NCBI GenBank assembly: GCA_964188305.1
Contig: OZ076888.1
DNA length: 64,000 nucleotides
Reading direction: 5' to 3' (one strand)
Source of the DNA: Podarcis bocagei
Taxonomy: Eukaryota
In this document: positions 49,901 through 63,273 of the stretch, in pieces
Position numbering within the stretch: the first letter of the stretch is position 1
Layout of the letters: each line of letters starts with the position of its first letter
The notes under the pieces: model-generated
What the model was told of the DNA's origin: nothing
Seen by the model: the letters and a program-made list of their open reading frames with translations, nothing else
The model's database searches: none
Made by a program: the position numbers and the translations under genes

Positions 49901-51394
49901 CTGGGCAAAACAGCATATAGAATGGGTTGTAACTGAACATGCCCCAAATTGAAGACACGTCCCTTGGATGTCAGTACCAATGAACTTAATTTCATGCTGC
50001 TTAGTTGGAGTGGGAGGGATTCATTATTCCCTCAATTTCCGGTTTGGGTTCAATGCTCACTTACCTGGCAGCATGTCCCACTGAACTCACTGGAACTTAG
50101 GTCAGCATATAAAGGAGAGCTCTATCAGTGTAATATACTATTGCCTGCAATTGTTTCTGGTGGGTTCAGAGCACACTTCCAGATCCTACACACTGTGGCC
50201 CCATTGGCACTATGGATTTAAACCAGTGCCATATCACTTTAAATAGTCATGGCTTCCCCCAAAGAATTCTGGGAACCGTGGTTTGTTGAGCAGTGCTATT
50301 TTTCTTGAAAAAGAGGTTCCAGAACTCACCATAAATGCAACCCTCATTCACTTATAATGACAATGGTGCCCACCTGGGAGGTGCCATAACTGAGTTCCAG
50401 CTGAAAAAAATTCCTGGTGTTGATAGTTGCTCAGAGAACCTATACCCCTCACAGAGCTACAGTACTGAGAGTGACCGGACAGTCGGCGATGCGCAATGGA
50501 AATGTTTGCTTTTCTATACTTTTCCCATGAGAAAACCCCCTACCTTCTAGTGTTTCCTAAAATTAGCAACACATTGAAGGAATGTCATCTATGTCAACGT
50601 AGATCAGGCAACTGGAATGGATACAATATTAGTCAAATCTAAACTCAAAGTAGTAAATTAAGTTTGCAATCCTAAACACACCTGGGAATACATCCCACTA
50701 AACTCAGTGAAGTTTCTCGCTAGACCTGCACTGCACATTTTTTCAGGTGACTATCCCTAGAAATCACACATATGTGTGTTCACAGCTCTTCAGCACTTTT
50801 AAATTTGTATTTTAACAGTGTTCAGTTCCTTAATTTCTCACATAAAAATCTAAATAATTGTAAGAGAAGTATAACCTACTGAGTTGCAGAAAATTTTAAA
50901 ACATGACAAATGCCACCAATAATTTTTTTTCCAACTTAAGGTTAGAATTTGTTCAAACACCACATTTAGTGCATGTTATTGATTCCTCTCCCTCCTGATC
51001 AAATATTCAATTGAGGAGCCTGGTGACAGATAATATTTTCTCCTCAGACAGCCAACCATGATATGTGAGGCATGATAGCTTCTGGTATGCAAGCTGATCT
51101 TGTGGTCATCTCTGTTTAAAACAGGTTTTACAGGTTGTTACAGTGCTTCGAAAACCTGCCAAACCTATTTAAACATTGATGTGAGCACACTAAGAGAAAT
51201 GGTGTCTCTCTCATATTACCTTCCACTTGGTTTGTTTCCACCTAGAAATAAATTGGGGAACTATTGATGAGTTAGAGCAGAAAAACTGCAGAAATAACAG
51301 GAAGAGGCACAGGTCCATAAGAAATGGGAAAGTATGTATGTATTTATTTCATTTATCATTATATCATTATATCAGTATAGTTATGTCCGTATAG

Positions 51395-51858
51395 TTATGT
51401 CCGTATAGTTAAAGCTATGGTTTTCCCAGTAGTGATGTATGGAAGTGAGAGCTGGACCATAAAGAAGGCTGACCGCCGAAGAATTGATGCTTTTGAAATA
51501 TGGTGCTGGAGGAGAGTCTTGAGAGTCCCATGGACTGCAAGAAGATCAAACCTATCCATTCTTAAGGAAGTCAGCCCTGAGTGCTCACTGGAAGGACAGA
51601 TTCTGAAGCTGAGGCTCCAATACTCTGGCCACCTCATGAGAAGAGAAGACTCCCTGGAAAAGACCCTGATGTTGGGAAAGATGGAGGGCAGAAGGAGAAG
51701 GGGTCTCATGGTTGGACGAGATGGTTGGACAGTGTTCTCGAAGCTACCACCATGAGTTTGGCGAAACTGCGGGAGGCAGTGGAAGATAGGAGTGCCTGGC
51801 GTGCTCTGGTCCATGGGGCCATGAAGAGTCGGACACGACTAAACGATAAAACAACAAC
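51395..51858 (+). mobile_element. BovB (RTE-clade) LINE 3' fragment
   Basis: VKAMVFPVVMYGSESWTIKKADRRRIDAFEIWCWRRVLRVPWTARRSNLSILKE...DSLEKTLMLGK is characteristic of BovB; ends AGTCGGACACGACTAAACGA plus (CAA)n. Confidence 0.93.
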
Positions 51859-53366
51859 ATCATTATACCTTGCCCTCGGTGGTGGAATTTGGTGTCTCAA
51901 ATTTCAGTGGGGCCCTGTGCGATGCCAAAATCCGGCACCCCCTGTCTCCCACCTTCTGTTGGATGCCATAGTTGTGGCACCCCAGAAGTTCTGTGCCTGG
52001 TGTGATGGCACTGTTAACGCTCCCCTAGATCTGCCTTTGCTTCCTTTCCTCCAATGAGCAATGTGGTTCTGCCCTTCGCTATTTAATCTGCACAACAACC
52101 CTGGAAGGTAGCATATGGTGGCCCAAGGTGAGCATTTACAAAAAGTAAATACACCGTAACAGTAATATTTACAAGAACCCTATAAAGTAGGGTTTGGGGT
52201 TATTATTCTCAGTTTACGGAGAGGGGTCTGAAAGTGGGAGGCAGTAGCTTTCCTTGGGCCATGTAATGAGTTTGTGGCAGAGGCAGAATCTAAATGTCCA
52301 GTTTCACAGAATTGAGGAAGGGAGAAGAAGAAGGTTCCAGCTAAGGAAAATGGTGGTTTCCTTTGCTAATGTCTTAGATGGATGATGCTAAGGCCAAGGA
52401 ATGAATTAACCTTTCATGCCTCATTTGGAAAACTTACACCCTGGAGACTAATACCGGCATGTCCACTGGTGCACATATTAAATGACTTTTGAGAAAAGAT
52501 CATAAAACCTAAGACTGGTCACCATCAGTTCTACCCCATCAAGAGGAACAGACTGAAGGATCAATGGAAATATTTTGCTATCCAACATGATTTATAAGCC
52601 TCTGACCCACGACGTTTTTCCAAGATAGATTAATATCATGTCGGAAGAGAAAGAGACTAAGCTGAGCTTACAAAATAAAAGGTGAGTCAACGCAGGGGTG
52701 GGGGGATGGATATACTATTAAATTTTTAATTTTTTTTAAGATGACAAGTGTAATCTAGCAGCACTGTTTTTCTAACAAAGGGACAACTAAATAACATTAC
52801 TCTGTGATGAATTTTGTTGTTAATAATGAGATGGGTATTTTTCCTATTTGGGTTTGGGTTGTCAGTGGGCCAGAAAGAAAACCAGCTGTGGCTTTCCTGT
52901 TCTTCACTTTGAACGGAAGCCAGATGTTGTGGTGTATTAATCCAATCTACCAAGTTGTGGTATATTTTGTGCTACTTCATATGAAGGACGTTTTATCGTC
53001 CATCTTCAGAAATGCTTGCAAATAAATAATGAAGCTCCTACTAACTGCTGCAGCAGATCAAGTGGCTGTTAAAGGCCCAGCAGCGGAAGCAAGTTCAAAA
53101 GTTGCCAATTCAGGCTCTGTCATCCTTCACACCCCAACTGATGAGCTACACAAATGTTTCAAAGTGTGCTACTTTAAAAGTAATTAGGAAATATAAATGA
53201 TCAAAGCTGACGGGAAATTTACATCTAGTCTCTGAGAATTAAATTCCTGAGTCTACTCAAGGATGTACTATTAATTATTAGTTTATTTCAGTCTGCATCC
53301 CAACCTAACTCTGAAGCACAAGAGATTTGTCATCCATTAATTAGCATGCCAATCGTGGGATTAAGA

Positions 53367-53503
53367 CAGTGGTGGCCAAAATTGGCCCTCCAGCTGTTTT
53401 GAGACTACAATTCCCATCGTCCCTGACCCGCTGGTCCTTTCAGCTAGGGATGATGGGAGTTGTAGTCCAAAAACAGCTGGAGGGCCAAGTTTGGCCACCA
53501 CTG
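53367..53503. mobile_element. Palindromic hAT MITE (same family as 44741)
   Basis: CAGTGGTGGCCAAA...TTTGGCCACCACTG; perfect TSD GATTAAGA. Confidence 0.9.
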
Positions 53504-53748
53504 GATTAAGAGGATGATCTGAGATCAAGTGATGCTGTACCGCTGAAGCTAAGTGAGGGATGAATCAAACAGTCTCCAGGATGGGAGACCCCTTGGATAT
53601 CCTATGTAGGTGCAATATATAAATTTAGGGGAAGAGCTAGACTAAGCTAGTTGCACACAGATCTCACTGAAATGAACAAGTCTTCAGTTAGTCATTACTA
53701 ACATTTCACATTGACTTCAGTGGGACTGAATTATAACTAATATGTGTA

Positions 53749-53756
<8 letters not shown>

Positions 53757-53793
<37 letters not shown>
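53757..53793. repeat. (GT)n microsatellite
   Basis: Direct reading. Confidence 0.95.
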
Positions 53794-53796
<3 letters not shown>

Positions 53797-54286
53797 CTGG
53801 CTGTTTGCCATAATAAACATTGATTGATGCTGTTTTGCACCCATCCCCCCAACCCCGCTAATGAGATCTTGACAGCGAAACTGAATCTGAAAATTCAAGA
53901 ATACCTTAACCATTTAAACTAGGTTCAATTAGATTAGATTGTTTGGTCATTATGGCTTTTGTGAGAATCATTGTTTATTTTGATAACTGAGAAGAAGAAA
54001 GCATTCATTGTCACCCTATTATTCAGTGTGCAAATAATGATCCAGCTAATTCAATAGACCAAGGGTGGATCTCCACACAGGGAAAAAGACCCAGCTCACA
54101 TTCCAAATCTGGTAAAGATGGAGGACTGTTTTCTTTGGTCTGTATGCTCTACATTTTGTGGAAACATATAGGATGTTTGTCAGTATTGTGCTCCATTTTT
54201 TAATCTACTGACTTTTGAAGAATAAATTAATTTCATGGTTAGGCATGCCAAACAACTGAGTTTTATCAAGACAACGTTTTGCTTAC

Positions 54287-54349
54287 CAAAATAGTGTAAT
54301 TTGTCTGAGCTGCTATGGCATCCTTAAATTGTTGCATTTTCTCAGAGTC
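54287..54349 (-). CDS. CHAT: CHAT exon (DSEKMQQFKDAIAAQTNYTIL)
   Basis: tatag|GAC ... TTG|gtaag, 63 bp, phase 0-0. Confidence 0.9.
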
Positions 54350-54458
54350 CTATAGGCAAAAAGAAATATTTTGAAATAATAAACTGGCAGAAGGCTTTGT
54401 AACCAAAGTACTATTACTATTAGATTAAACAAATTTCATTAAAGATAGTGGATTGAAT

Positions 54459-54606
54459 CATGGGTGTAGCCAGGATTGTTGTTAGGGGGTGCAGTCTTTT
54501 GTTGGGGGGCAGGGTTTTTTGGGTGGGGCAGAACCTCAGATTTGTATTGATTTTATTGATTTGGGAGGGGGCAGCTGCCCCCTAGCCTTCCTCAGCTATG
54601 CCCATG
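54459..54606. mobile_element. hAT MITE
   Basis: CATGGGTGTAGC...GCTATGCCCATG; perfect 8-bp TSD GATTGAAT. Confidence 0.85.
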
Positions 54607-55375
54607 GATTGAATGCAGCCTTTACAAGCAGTAGACAAGCAAATAAAAACCATTCTCATTTGTCCAATCTTACATTCAGTTTGCCACATTTCTGTAGCAA
54701 TTTTTAAAAAATGCAGTCTTCATGAAAATTCTTCAGTGTTTTTGTGCAAATTTCTCCTAATAAGCAGGAGAATGTACACATTTCTGAACGCATTTTCCAG
54801 TAATATAATGCATTTTTGTATGTTGCTTTCACTAATATATTTATTAAAATATTTTAATGGATTTTCCATGTAAACCTATCAAACATACATGCATCTGAGT
54901 AAACCTAATGCAAATATATTACTTTTTATGTACATTCCCCCTCCCTCCGATGCATTTTTGTGAACACAAGTTGGTTGGACAACTGTATCACAAAATCTGG
55001 ATAAGTGTGCATTTTGAAGGATGGCTGTGTTTTGGTTCTCATATTGCTTTGGAAGTGCAAATTTTATACATTCAGCTTTAAATGTGAACTGAATTGAATT
55101 GGTTCCCCATCCCTATCCTTTGCTATCCCAAATAGTTATTGTGTGGTGGTTACTTAGAATGCATTGGATTCTTACTTTTGCTGAGAAGTTACAACTGAGT
55201 TTTGCAAGGTCTCCAGTGACATTGTCTAAGGAAACCAAGCCCAGTGTATGTTATGGCTCCCCTGAGGTCTTTCACTGCTTGGAAACGGGGGTTCATGTAA
55301 CATTACCAAATATTAACAGGGGCAGGTGGAACAGATGATGGTGCTCCACTGTTTTTAGCATCAGCCCTAACATGT

Positions 55376-55609
55376 ACAGCAGTACCTTGGTTTTTGAATG
55401 TAATCCATTCCAGAAGACCATTCGACTTCTGAAATGTTCGAAAACCAAGGGTGGTCTGCAAATTCAATAGAAAAAATTGAAACAAACTCAGCAGAAGCCG
55501 TTCGACTTCTGAGGTGTGTTGAAAAACGGAAGCATTTCTTTCTGGGTTTTCAGCGTTTGAAAACTGAAACATTTGACTTCTGAGACATCCAAAAACTGAG
55601 GTACCACTG
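55376..55609. mobile_element. Tigger-like MITE
   Basis: TA|CAGCAGTACCTTGGTTTTTG...CAAAAACTGAGGTACCACTG|TA. Confidence 0.8.
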
Positions 55610-56464
55610 TAGTTCCATTTTTAAAATAGAGACAGGCTCTTTCAGAGTTACAAGTGGGATGTCAAAGGCACTATCGCCATGGCATGTGGCACACTCATCC
55701 CACTGTCTTCTCCATTTGCACTTTTCTCATATTTTCTGGGTGCTTCTCAAACATGCACCAGGTCTGTTGGGTCAGAGAAAACACCTGGGCAAAACCAGTG
55801 AGGGTGACAGAGTCTCTTTTACACCTCTGAGTCGTCCCCCCCAAAAAAAAACCCTATTGTCTTCAGCTGCAAAAAGGAAGTCAAAATGTTGAAAGGAAAC
55901 ACTAAAGTATATTGCATTTGTAGCTGGAAGGATTTAACGAGTTCAAATGCTATGAGGTGAGATGGGATAATTACCTCAGAGGGAAAAAATATAGTGGGAG
56001 AAGGTACAGAATTGGCCCACTGAGCTCCCTGCTGTGCTCATTTGTACTGCAAGCACCACTGAATTGCTTTCCTTAGGGGTGAAGGGCACACTTCACGCAA
56101 ATGTGTGCCTTGGCAGACTTTTTGTTTGTTCGTGAAGAAAAGCATCTTTGGGACGTTGCAGTCGAGAGCTGCGAGTGGGTGCTTAATTCTTTGCTTGCCT
56201 GCCTACCATTTTCCCACACTGAAATGGCTCTCCAAGCTGATTTCCCCCTGTAGGATTCCAGATGTACGTTTGTTTCTGGAGCTTTATGTCGATGTGAAGA
56301 GGGTGGGGTGGAAGGGTGGGGGAAGCAGCTGGGTTGATGTGATTTTGAGCTGAAAATTGCCAGATAGGCAAAGAGTTCATCCCTCTTTTCCCTTCTCCCT
56401 TTTCTGCTTAGAACTGCAGACTCCAAACCACTGCTTTTCTTTGTTGTGTGTACATTGCCCCTTA

Positions 56465-56826
56465 AAGGTAAAGGACCCCTGACAGTTAAGTCCAGTTGCG
56501 AACGACTCTGGGGTTGTGGCGCTCATCTCACTTTACCGGCCAAGGGAGCCGGCGTTTGTCCGCAGACAGTTTTTCTGGGTCATGTGGCCAGCATGACTAA
56601 GCCACTTCTGGCAAAACCAGAGCAGCGTACAGAAATGCCGTTTACCTCCCCGCCAGAGCGGTACCTATTTAACTACTTGCACTTTGATGTGCTTTCAAAC
56701 TGCTAGGTTGACAGGAGCTGGCACAGAGCAACGGGAGCTCACCCCGTCGCAGGGATTCGAACCGCTGACCTTCCAATTGGCAAGCCCTAGGCTCAGTGGT
56801 TTAGACCACAGCGCCACCCGCACCCC
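56465..56826 (-). mobile_element. Near full-length Sauria SINE
   Basis: Head GGGGTGCGGGTGGCGCTGTGGTCTAAACC, B-box-like GGTTCGAATCC, ACCTTT tail, 14-bp TSD TACATTGCCCCTTA. Confidence 0.92.
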
Positions 56827-58192
56827 TACATTGCCCCTTACTAAATGTTTAAAAGGCAATCCAGGGCCTATACACACTGGAACTTATGTGGATTTGCAGC
56901 GGCTTCTAAATTAATTTGGTTATCATGTTATTACTATTACTACTATTTCTATTCGCCTGGGTTGCCCCAGGTACTCTGGGCAGCTTCCAGCACATATAAA
57001 AAACACAATATAACATCAAACATAAAAAAACAAACTTCCAAATACAGGGCTGCCTTCACATGTCCTCTAAAAGTTGTGTAGTTCTTTATCTCCTTGACCA
57101 AAATTTGGTCATTTGGACAATGAAAACGAAAGCATCTTATTCCATTATGATATCAAACAAATTGAGAGTGCCCTCCTTTAATTTTTTTAACAAAGGTGCA
57201 CACCTTTCTCTGAGGGATGGAAAACCCACTATGGCAAGAGGCGTCATGGCATGGGCCATCCCTTTATGATAGTGCAATGTGGGCAGCTGCACTGTGTGGA
57301 AGCTGCCAACTCTCCAAGTCACCCTTAAGAAAACAAAAAACAAAACACACCCTTTACAAAATTGGTGCGGCCAAATCTGAAGTCAAATTAAAAGCTCAAA
57401 TTTGCTTCCAAAAATTATGGGCAATCTATCACAACAATCTCATTGCTTTGCCAACTGGATCCTTTAATTTAGGGCTGGTTAATCTGAGGACCACAGGTAG
57501 ACTCCAATTTTTAACTGCAAGGGGGGGCTGAGTATTTGTCAATAATATCTCTTAGAGTGGCAAATGGCACCATTTAGTGGGAAGAAATTCCAATGAAAAT
57601 TCTTGTTACTACGTATTATGCATGGCTGTTTATTTGTATATATTTTAAAACTTTATATATGGATGTTTTATGATGGCCTATACTTGTAATGCCTGATAAA
57701 GATTTGGCAAAGTAAGTACTCTGATTTTTTTGTGGGTTCCCAACTGCCACAACTGTCATTTAAAAATCTTTCCCTCAAGTTATTTATTATTAAAAACTGA
57801 CACAGCCAAGTGGTACTCTGCTATGATGCCCAAAGCGTTGTTGTTTTTTTTGTGGACCTCCAAGTCCCCATCCCTTTGTCCATTTTAGAAACATGAGCAG
57901 CAGTAGCTCTCTAAAGTTCCTTACAGGACATATTCCCAACTTTACCTGGAGATGACAGGTATTGCACCTTTCACCTTCTGCATGCCAGGCACATGCTCTC
58001 CCACTGAGCTATGGCCCTTCCACAGGAACTGAGCAGGAGCAGGGCCAGAGAGAGAGAGGAGTGTTGAGAGTGGTCTCATTCAGAGGAGTCTTACTAAGGA
58101 CATCTTATTCAAGCCCCGCCTCTGCAAATCTAGAGTTGGCCCTGTTCCTGCAGGATATAACAGCATAAAGGGGTGTGTGTAAATACTCTTAC

Positions 58193-58334
58193 CTGCAGAG
58201 ATGATTTTTTATCAATCATTCCTTTGACAAAAGTTAAAGCTTCGGGAGTCGCAGATCGGATGTTGTCTACTCTTCCTTCTTCAAACCGCCTTATGGAAGC
58301 GCTTTCATAGGTGGGAACAAGTCTCCCGTATAAT
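58193..58334 (-). CDS. CHAT: CHAT exon ([47 protein letters not shown])
   Basis: tgtag|A ... CAG|gtaag, 142 bp; [10 protein letters not shown] and the ChAT-type GRVDNIRS motif. Confidence 0.96.
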
Positions 58335-59946
58335 CTACAGGCATGGTGAAATACATATAGTGATTTTAGCGGGGGGTGATGGTATGAAATAAAAATAGGC
58401 TCTCCGGGTTTTCGTTTTGCAGCCTTGACTTTTATTTGGCATAATATTTCATGTTTATGCTAATAGAGTTCTAGACAAAGGCTAGACATGGCACCCCCCT
58501 TTTAAACGACAAGATTGATGCACATATGGCTGAATTCATTTTGGTTAATGCGGTACTAGCCAAGAAATCCTTTATGTTTGACGACAGGGCTAGTAAAGCC
58601 GTTTGCTTGTTGTAAGCTCAAGGAATATGTCATTTGTGCTACATAATGAAATCACGGCATGATTCATCATTGGCTTGTGGGATGGCAACTCTTTTTATTT
58701 CAATTCAATAGGAAAAACAATACCATACTGTATTTAGTTAAATCATTAACTATGGTTTACTATAGTGTGTAAACTAGGGTGGTATATTTTTCAGAAGTTT
58801 ATTTAACAATGGAAAGTATGAATGTGACAATTGTGAATGTGACATATTCATGAGCAATTGGTCTATCGGCAGCTGTGTATAATCTCTTTTAAAAGCCATC
58901 TAAACGGGTGACTGTTATCACAGTTTGTGACACTGAATTCCATAATCCAGCTGTGAATATGTGCTTGTTGCAGTGGAATGTGTGAAATGGCCTTAAAGTT
59001 AAAGCATAGTATCTATAGACACTCTAGCTGCAGTTATCACATCTGTATTTCCTCCACTGTGGGGTCCTCCAGGTTGTGGTTGACAGATGGCACTTGGTTG
59101 AGGCAGTGTTGGTCCTTAGCTTACAGTGGAGGACACATCGAACCAATTTACAGGCACAACTATATTTCCTCCTCAGAGTCTATTGCACAGAGATAGGATA
59201 TCACATTGTTATTGTGGCATTGAGGCTTGCAGTTGAAGGAATGTGCTTCCCTACCAAGGCTAGAATGAGGCCAGGGCATGCTTGGATCAACTGGGTGGAA
59301 AAGCTTGCTGTTTCACGTTAAGATCCCATGCTGAAAAGCAACACAGAGAAGGCTCCATGGGAATGTATATGTTGCTCCCTACCCCACTCTTTAGATTAAT
59401 TTACTAAAGAGAATTCCAAAGCCATTTATCTACACTGAAAGCAAACCTGGCTGGGTCACAGAGCAGCAGCTAAGCACCTTAATTTTGTAGAATGCCCTTT
59501 GTTCACCTCCATCTTCACATTCCCCTTTTTCTTTAACGCTATGCTGATAAATGTTTGCTGTCTAGCAAAGCTCTCCCCCCTTCTTTTTTACATGGCTCCA
59601 GGGCGCCTCATTTAATTTCCCAGTTAAATTCATGATGCTTTAAGCAGGGAATGTTTGCTACTCTTCAGATTCTAATGGCAACGAGGATAATCTGCATCTA
59701 TATACTCTGATTTGTCTGCTAATTAGGGCCTATTACTCTTCTGCTTGTTCACTGCAGAGGGGGCTTTGTTTCCTTCCTGGCTGCACCACAACTAGGAGGC
59801 TGGAAGTGGTTGGACAGCTACTTATTGGTATGACCATTTTACTTTGGTAAAATGGCACCCTGAGTGAGGACACCCTCCCCCCCAATTCTTATTTTCACAA
59901 TAATTCTTTTTGGTACAGTTGCTTGGATCTTCTCAGTAGGCATCTG

Positions 59947-59995
<49 letters not shown>
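59947..59995. repeat. (GTT)n microsatellite
   Basis: Direct reading. Confidence 0.95.
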
Positions 59996-59996
<1 letters not shown>

Positions 59997-60021
59997 TGTG
60001 CCCCCTTGGCTTGACTCCCTG

Positions 60022-60222
60022 TGCAGGGGAACCAGGCAGAGGGCCTTTTCTGTGGTGGCGCCCGCCCTGTGGAACACCCTCCCATCAGATGTCCAGGAAA
60101 TAAACAACTACCTGACGTTTAGAAGACATCTGAAGGCAGCCCTGTATAGGGAAGTTTTTAATGTTTGATGTTTTATCATGTTTTTAATATTCTGTTGGGA
60201 GCCACCCAGAGTAGCTGGGGAA
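60022..60222 (+). mobile_element. L2-clade LINE 3' fragment
   Basis: GTRQRAFSVVAPALWNTLPSDVQEINNYLTFRRHLKAALYREVFNV. Confidence 0.85.
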
Positions 60223-60564
60223 ATTATTATAATATTCTTATTATGTGCACTGCCTTAAATCCAGCACTGCTGCTAGCAACAGCCAAGGAAGTGGATCAGA
60301 GGTGGGGAAATGCACCATGTAATGACATTAGGCCAAGGCCTAGGTTGTACTACAGTTTATGCAGAGAAGGAAGGAAATGCCACACAGGGCTGCCCTTTTC
60401 AGAGGTTGGTTTGATTGGGCAACAGGAAGGTGGGAGTTGGGACCTGATCTGCACACTGGAAGCAGAATGACTGAAGACAGGTGTAGCAAAAGCTGGTCAA
60501 GGGGAGGGAGGGTCATTTGTTCAGTTATCCTATCTGTTTGCTTGCTTGCATCTTGTGCATTGAT

Positions 60565-60654
60565 CATAGCTGTCAACTTTTCCCTACTCTTGCGAGGAAT
60601 CCTATTCGGAATAAAGGGATTTCCCTTAAAAAAAGGGAAACGTTGACAGCTATG
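60565..60654. mobile_element. 90-bp mini-hAT MITE
   Basis: CATAGCTGTCAAC...GTTGACAGCTATG; TSD GCATTGAT. Confidence 0.9.
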
Positions 60655-61335
60655 GCATTGATATACCTTCTCCATTCAATCATTTGGTTCCCAAGGTGGT
60701 GTGGAATAAGATTCATAGTGATGAAAACAATAGAGGCATCTGATGAGAGATGAACTTGGACCAAATGCAAGAAGCAGGAAGAGGAAGGGGAGGTAGACCT
60801 CCTGCTTGCATTTCCTGCTTGCATTTTCTAACCATTATAGTTAGACCCAGAATTTAACACCCAGGATGGCCAGGTTCAAACACCACAGCTTCTCTAACAC
60901 AACCTCTATTCTGTCATTCTACTTGGTGCTCCAAAGATGAGCAAGTATGAATTATAATGTTCTCTCTGGACAGACTGTGTGTCTCCACTGGTGATCTCAA
61001 GGCTTCCTGGATGTCAGGCTTGACCCAGATGTCAGGCTGGAGGGCAGGGAGAGACAGAGACAAATATTAGCTCTCTTATTTTGTGCTCTGTGTCCCAAAA
61101 TGCTGGAGGCAGCATAACCTTGGCCTTCCTGAATATCTGATGGAAACAGATATTCATCTCAGGGCCAACCTAGATGATATATTTGTGTGAAGAATGTCTT
61201 TAAGTGTAAACTGTAGGTGTGAGTCCCCATCACCACCAATCCAGACTTAGATCCTGATGGAAGACCCCCATGATGGTCTTGAACTGGATTGGGTCCTGCA
61301 TGTCTGCTATTTGCATGAAGAAGAAAGCTCCCATT

Positions 61336-61426
61336 CATAGTTGTCAACTTTTCCCTTTTCTTGCGAGGAGTCCTATTTGGAATAAGGGAATTTCCCTTTA
61401 AAAAAAGGGAAACATTGACAGCTATG
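61336..61426. mobile_element. 91-bp mini-hAT MITE (same family)
   Basis: CATAGTTGTCAA...TTGACAGCTATG; TSD CTCCCATT. Confidence 0.9.
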
Positions 61427-61892
61427 CTCCCATTGCCTACCAGTGGGAGCTTTCCTCCTGATGCAAATGGCTGGTAAAGGGTTCCTGATGTAGATTGGAA
61501 ACAAGGGAGATAAAGGGTTAAATAAGTAAACCCACTGCTAGTGCCACACTGTCCCTGTCTTGATTATCATTTCCCCAAAACCTGCAATTTATACTTACAT
61601 AACCATCCACACAGTTACCAGTAGTGTGAACAATTTCTACCTTGACTCTCACTCTCCTAAAGGTGAGCAAGAAGGTGGGTTCCCTGGGTCATGAGAAAAG
61701 GCTCTGATATTTTGCTCATTCTTGCCTGGAGGTCTCCCAGAGCATAATCTGTGGTCAGCTATTGAACTGCAAGCTTCAAATAAGAGCTGATAGCTGGTTT
61801 ATTGATTTTATTATGTGAACTGCTCTGAGACCTCTGGGTATAGGGCGTTATATAAATCCAATCAATAATCAATAATCAAAATAATTACATAC

Positions 61893-62015
61893 CTGTAAAA
61901 TGCCAGCTGTAGTGCCACTTGGATGTAGGCATCTGGGCTCATCTTCTGTTTCTTGATAAACTCTTTTCCGTAGTTTTCAAATTTATAAGCAATAAAATCT
62001 AGATTTTTCACCATC
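61893..62015 (-). CDS. CHAT: CHAT exon ([41 protein letters not shown])
   Basis: tctag|G ... AG|gtatg, 123 bp; SPDA.IQ.ALQLA motif of carnitine/choline acyltransferases. Confidence 0.96.
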
Positions 62016-63088
62016 CTAGAAAATGATGAAAAACTCCAGAAGTGAGAACAGGAAAGTTATTGTGTAATTTATTTATTTTAATCTCTCTTTTTGTTTCTCC
62101 TGGACTATGCCCCAAAGTAGTTAGGCAGGTGATCTTGGGATCTGGGCCATTGTGACAAATTCCTTGTATTATATGTCTTGTTCAGAGCTGTGCTATAAAA
62201 GCTATATGATCATATGGCATGTTGGAAAATGCAATGCAGGAGAAAAAGGCTTTGTAGGGACAGAAGGGAACATGCAAAGAACTAATACTTCAATTCAAAT
62301 TGTCTACTCAAATGAGTTGTTTGCTGTCACTCTTGCCTATACATTCCCCCCCCCACTCTGTATGTCTTGACTTATTCATTTGCTTGCTTAGGGTGCACCA
62401 TGTGTACAAATAGAGGTTGCTCTTTGCATTTTATGCAAAGGCTAAATGCTGTATCCAATTTACTTCCTGTCATGTTTGCAGTCATTTATTATGTGACAGA
62501 AACATACCGGTAATAATAAGTATTACATTGCCATGGCAAATGTGGAGGCACAATCTTGCGTGACGCTTAGCCCTCATAGTTTGCTTTTGTTCTGTTATTC
62601 CTCTCCACCCCCTGTTATACTAAGGATGAGATATCATTGTGGTGTTCTCAAAACCCTTATCAGTGCAAATTTCCAAGGTTTGCCACAGCAAATACCCTGA
62701 ATTTGATTTCCCTGGAATGAGACTAACTGATGTTTTGTGGTAGATCAGATATTTTTGCATATAAACAGGTTTTGCCGGTGCTATTTTTTCTTGAAAAAGA
62801 GGTGCCAGAACTCAGCATGGATGACTCCCTTGTTCTCTTATAACGGCAATGGTGTCCACCTGAGAGGTGCCAAAACTGAGTTGAGCAAATTTTAAAATGT
62901 CCTGGATTTACCATATTGGAGAGTCACATCTTAAGTTGCTGCAGCAGATACTTCTTCAGAGCTGCCAGCTCTGACCTTTTCCTCAGATCACCTCAGTCAG
63001 AACCTGCAGCTCCTGCACAAACAGCTGGTGGACATCAACCCACAAAGAGAGGGGGAAGGCACGCCCCTTTCACAAAGAAGGCTCCACC

Positions 63089-63273
63089 CATAGGAGCCAA
63101 CTATTAGTAGCTGAGGTCCTTTAGCTCCCCCCAATAAAATATTTGAGGGGGCCAGGCCAAAGTTGATGGGCATTGCCATTCAAATGCTGTGTGTGTGCCA
63201 CATCATGTGATTGATTATGTGGGGCAGGGCTTACCAGTGCTCTCCCAATATTTTATTCAAGTTATCACCTCTG
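63089..63273. mobile_element. hAT MITE
   Basis: CATAGGAGCCAACT...AGTTATCACCTCTG; 8-bp TSD GCTCCACC. Confidence 0.7.

Noticed and set aside
56740-56826. tRNA-like A/B-box sequence
   Set aside because: It is the tRNA-derived head of a Sauria SINE with a TSD, not a tRNA gene
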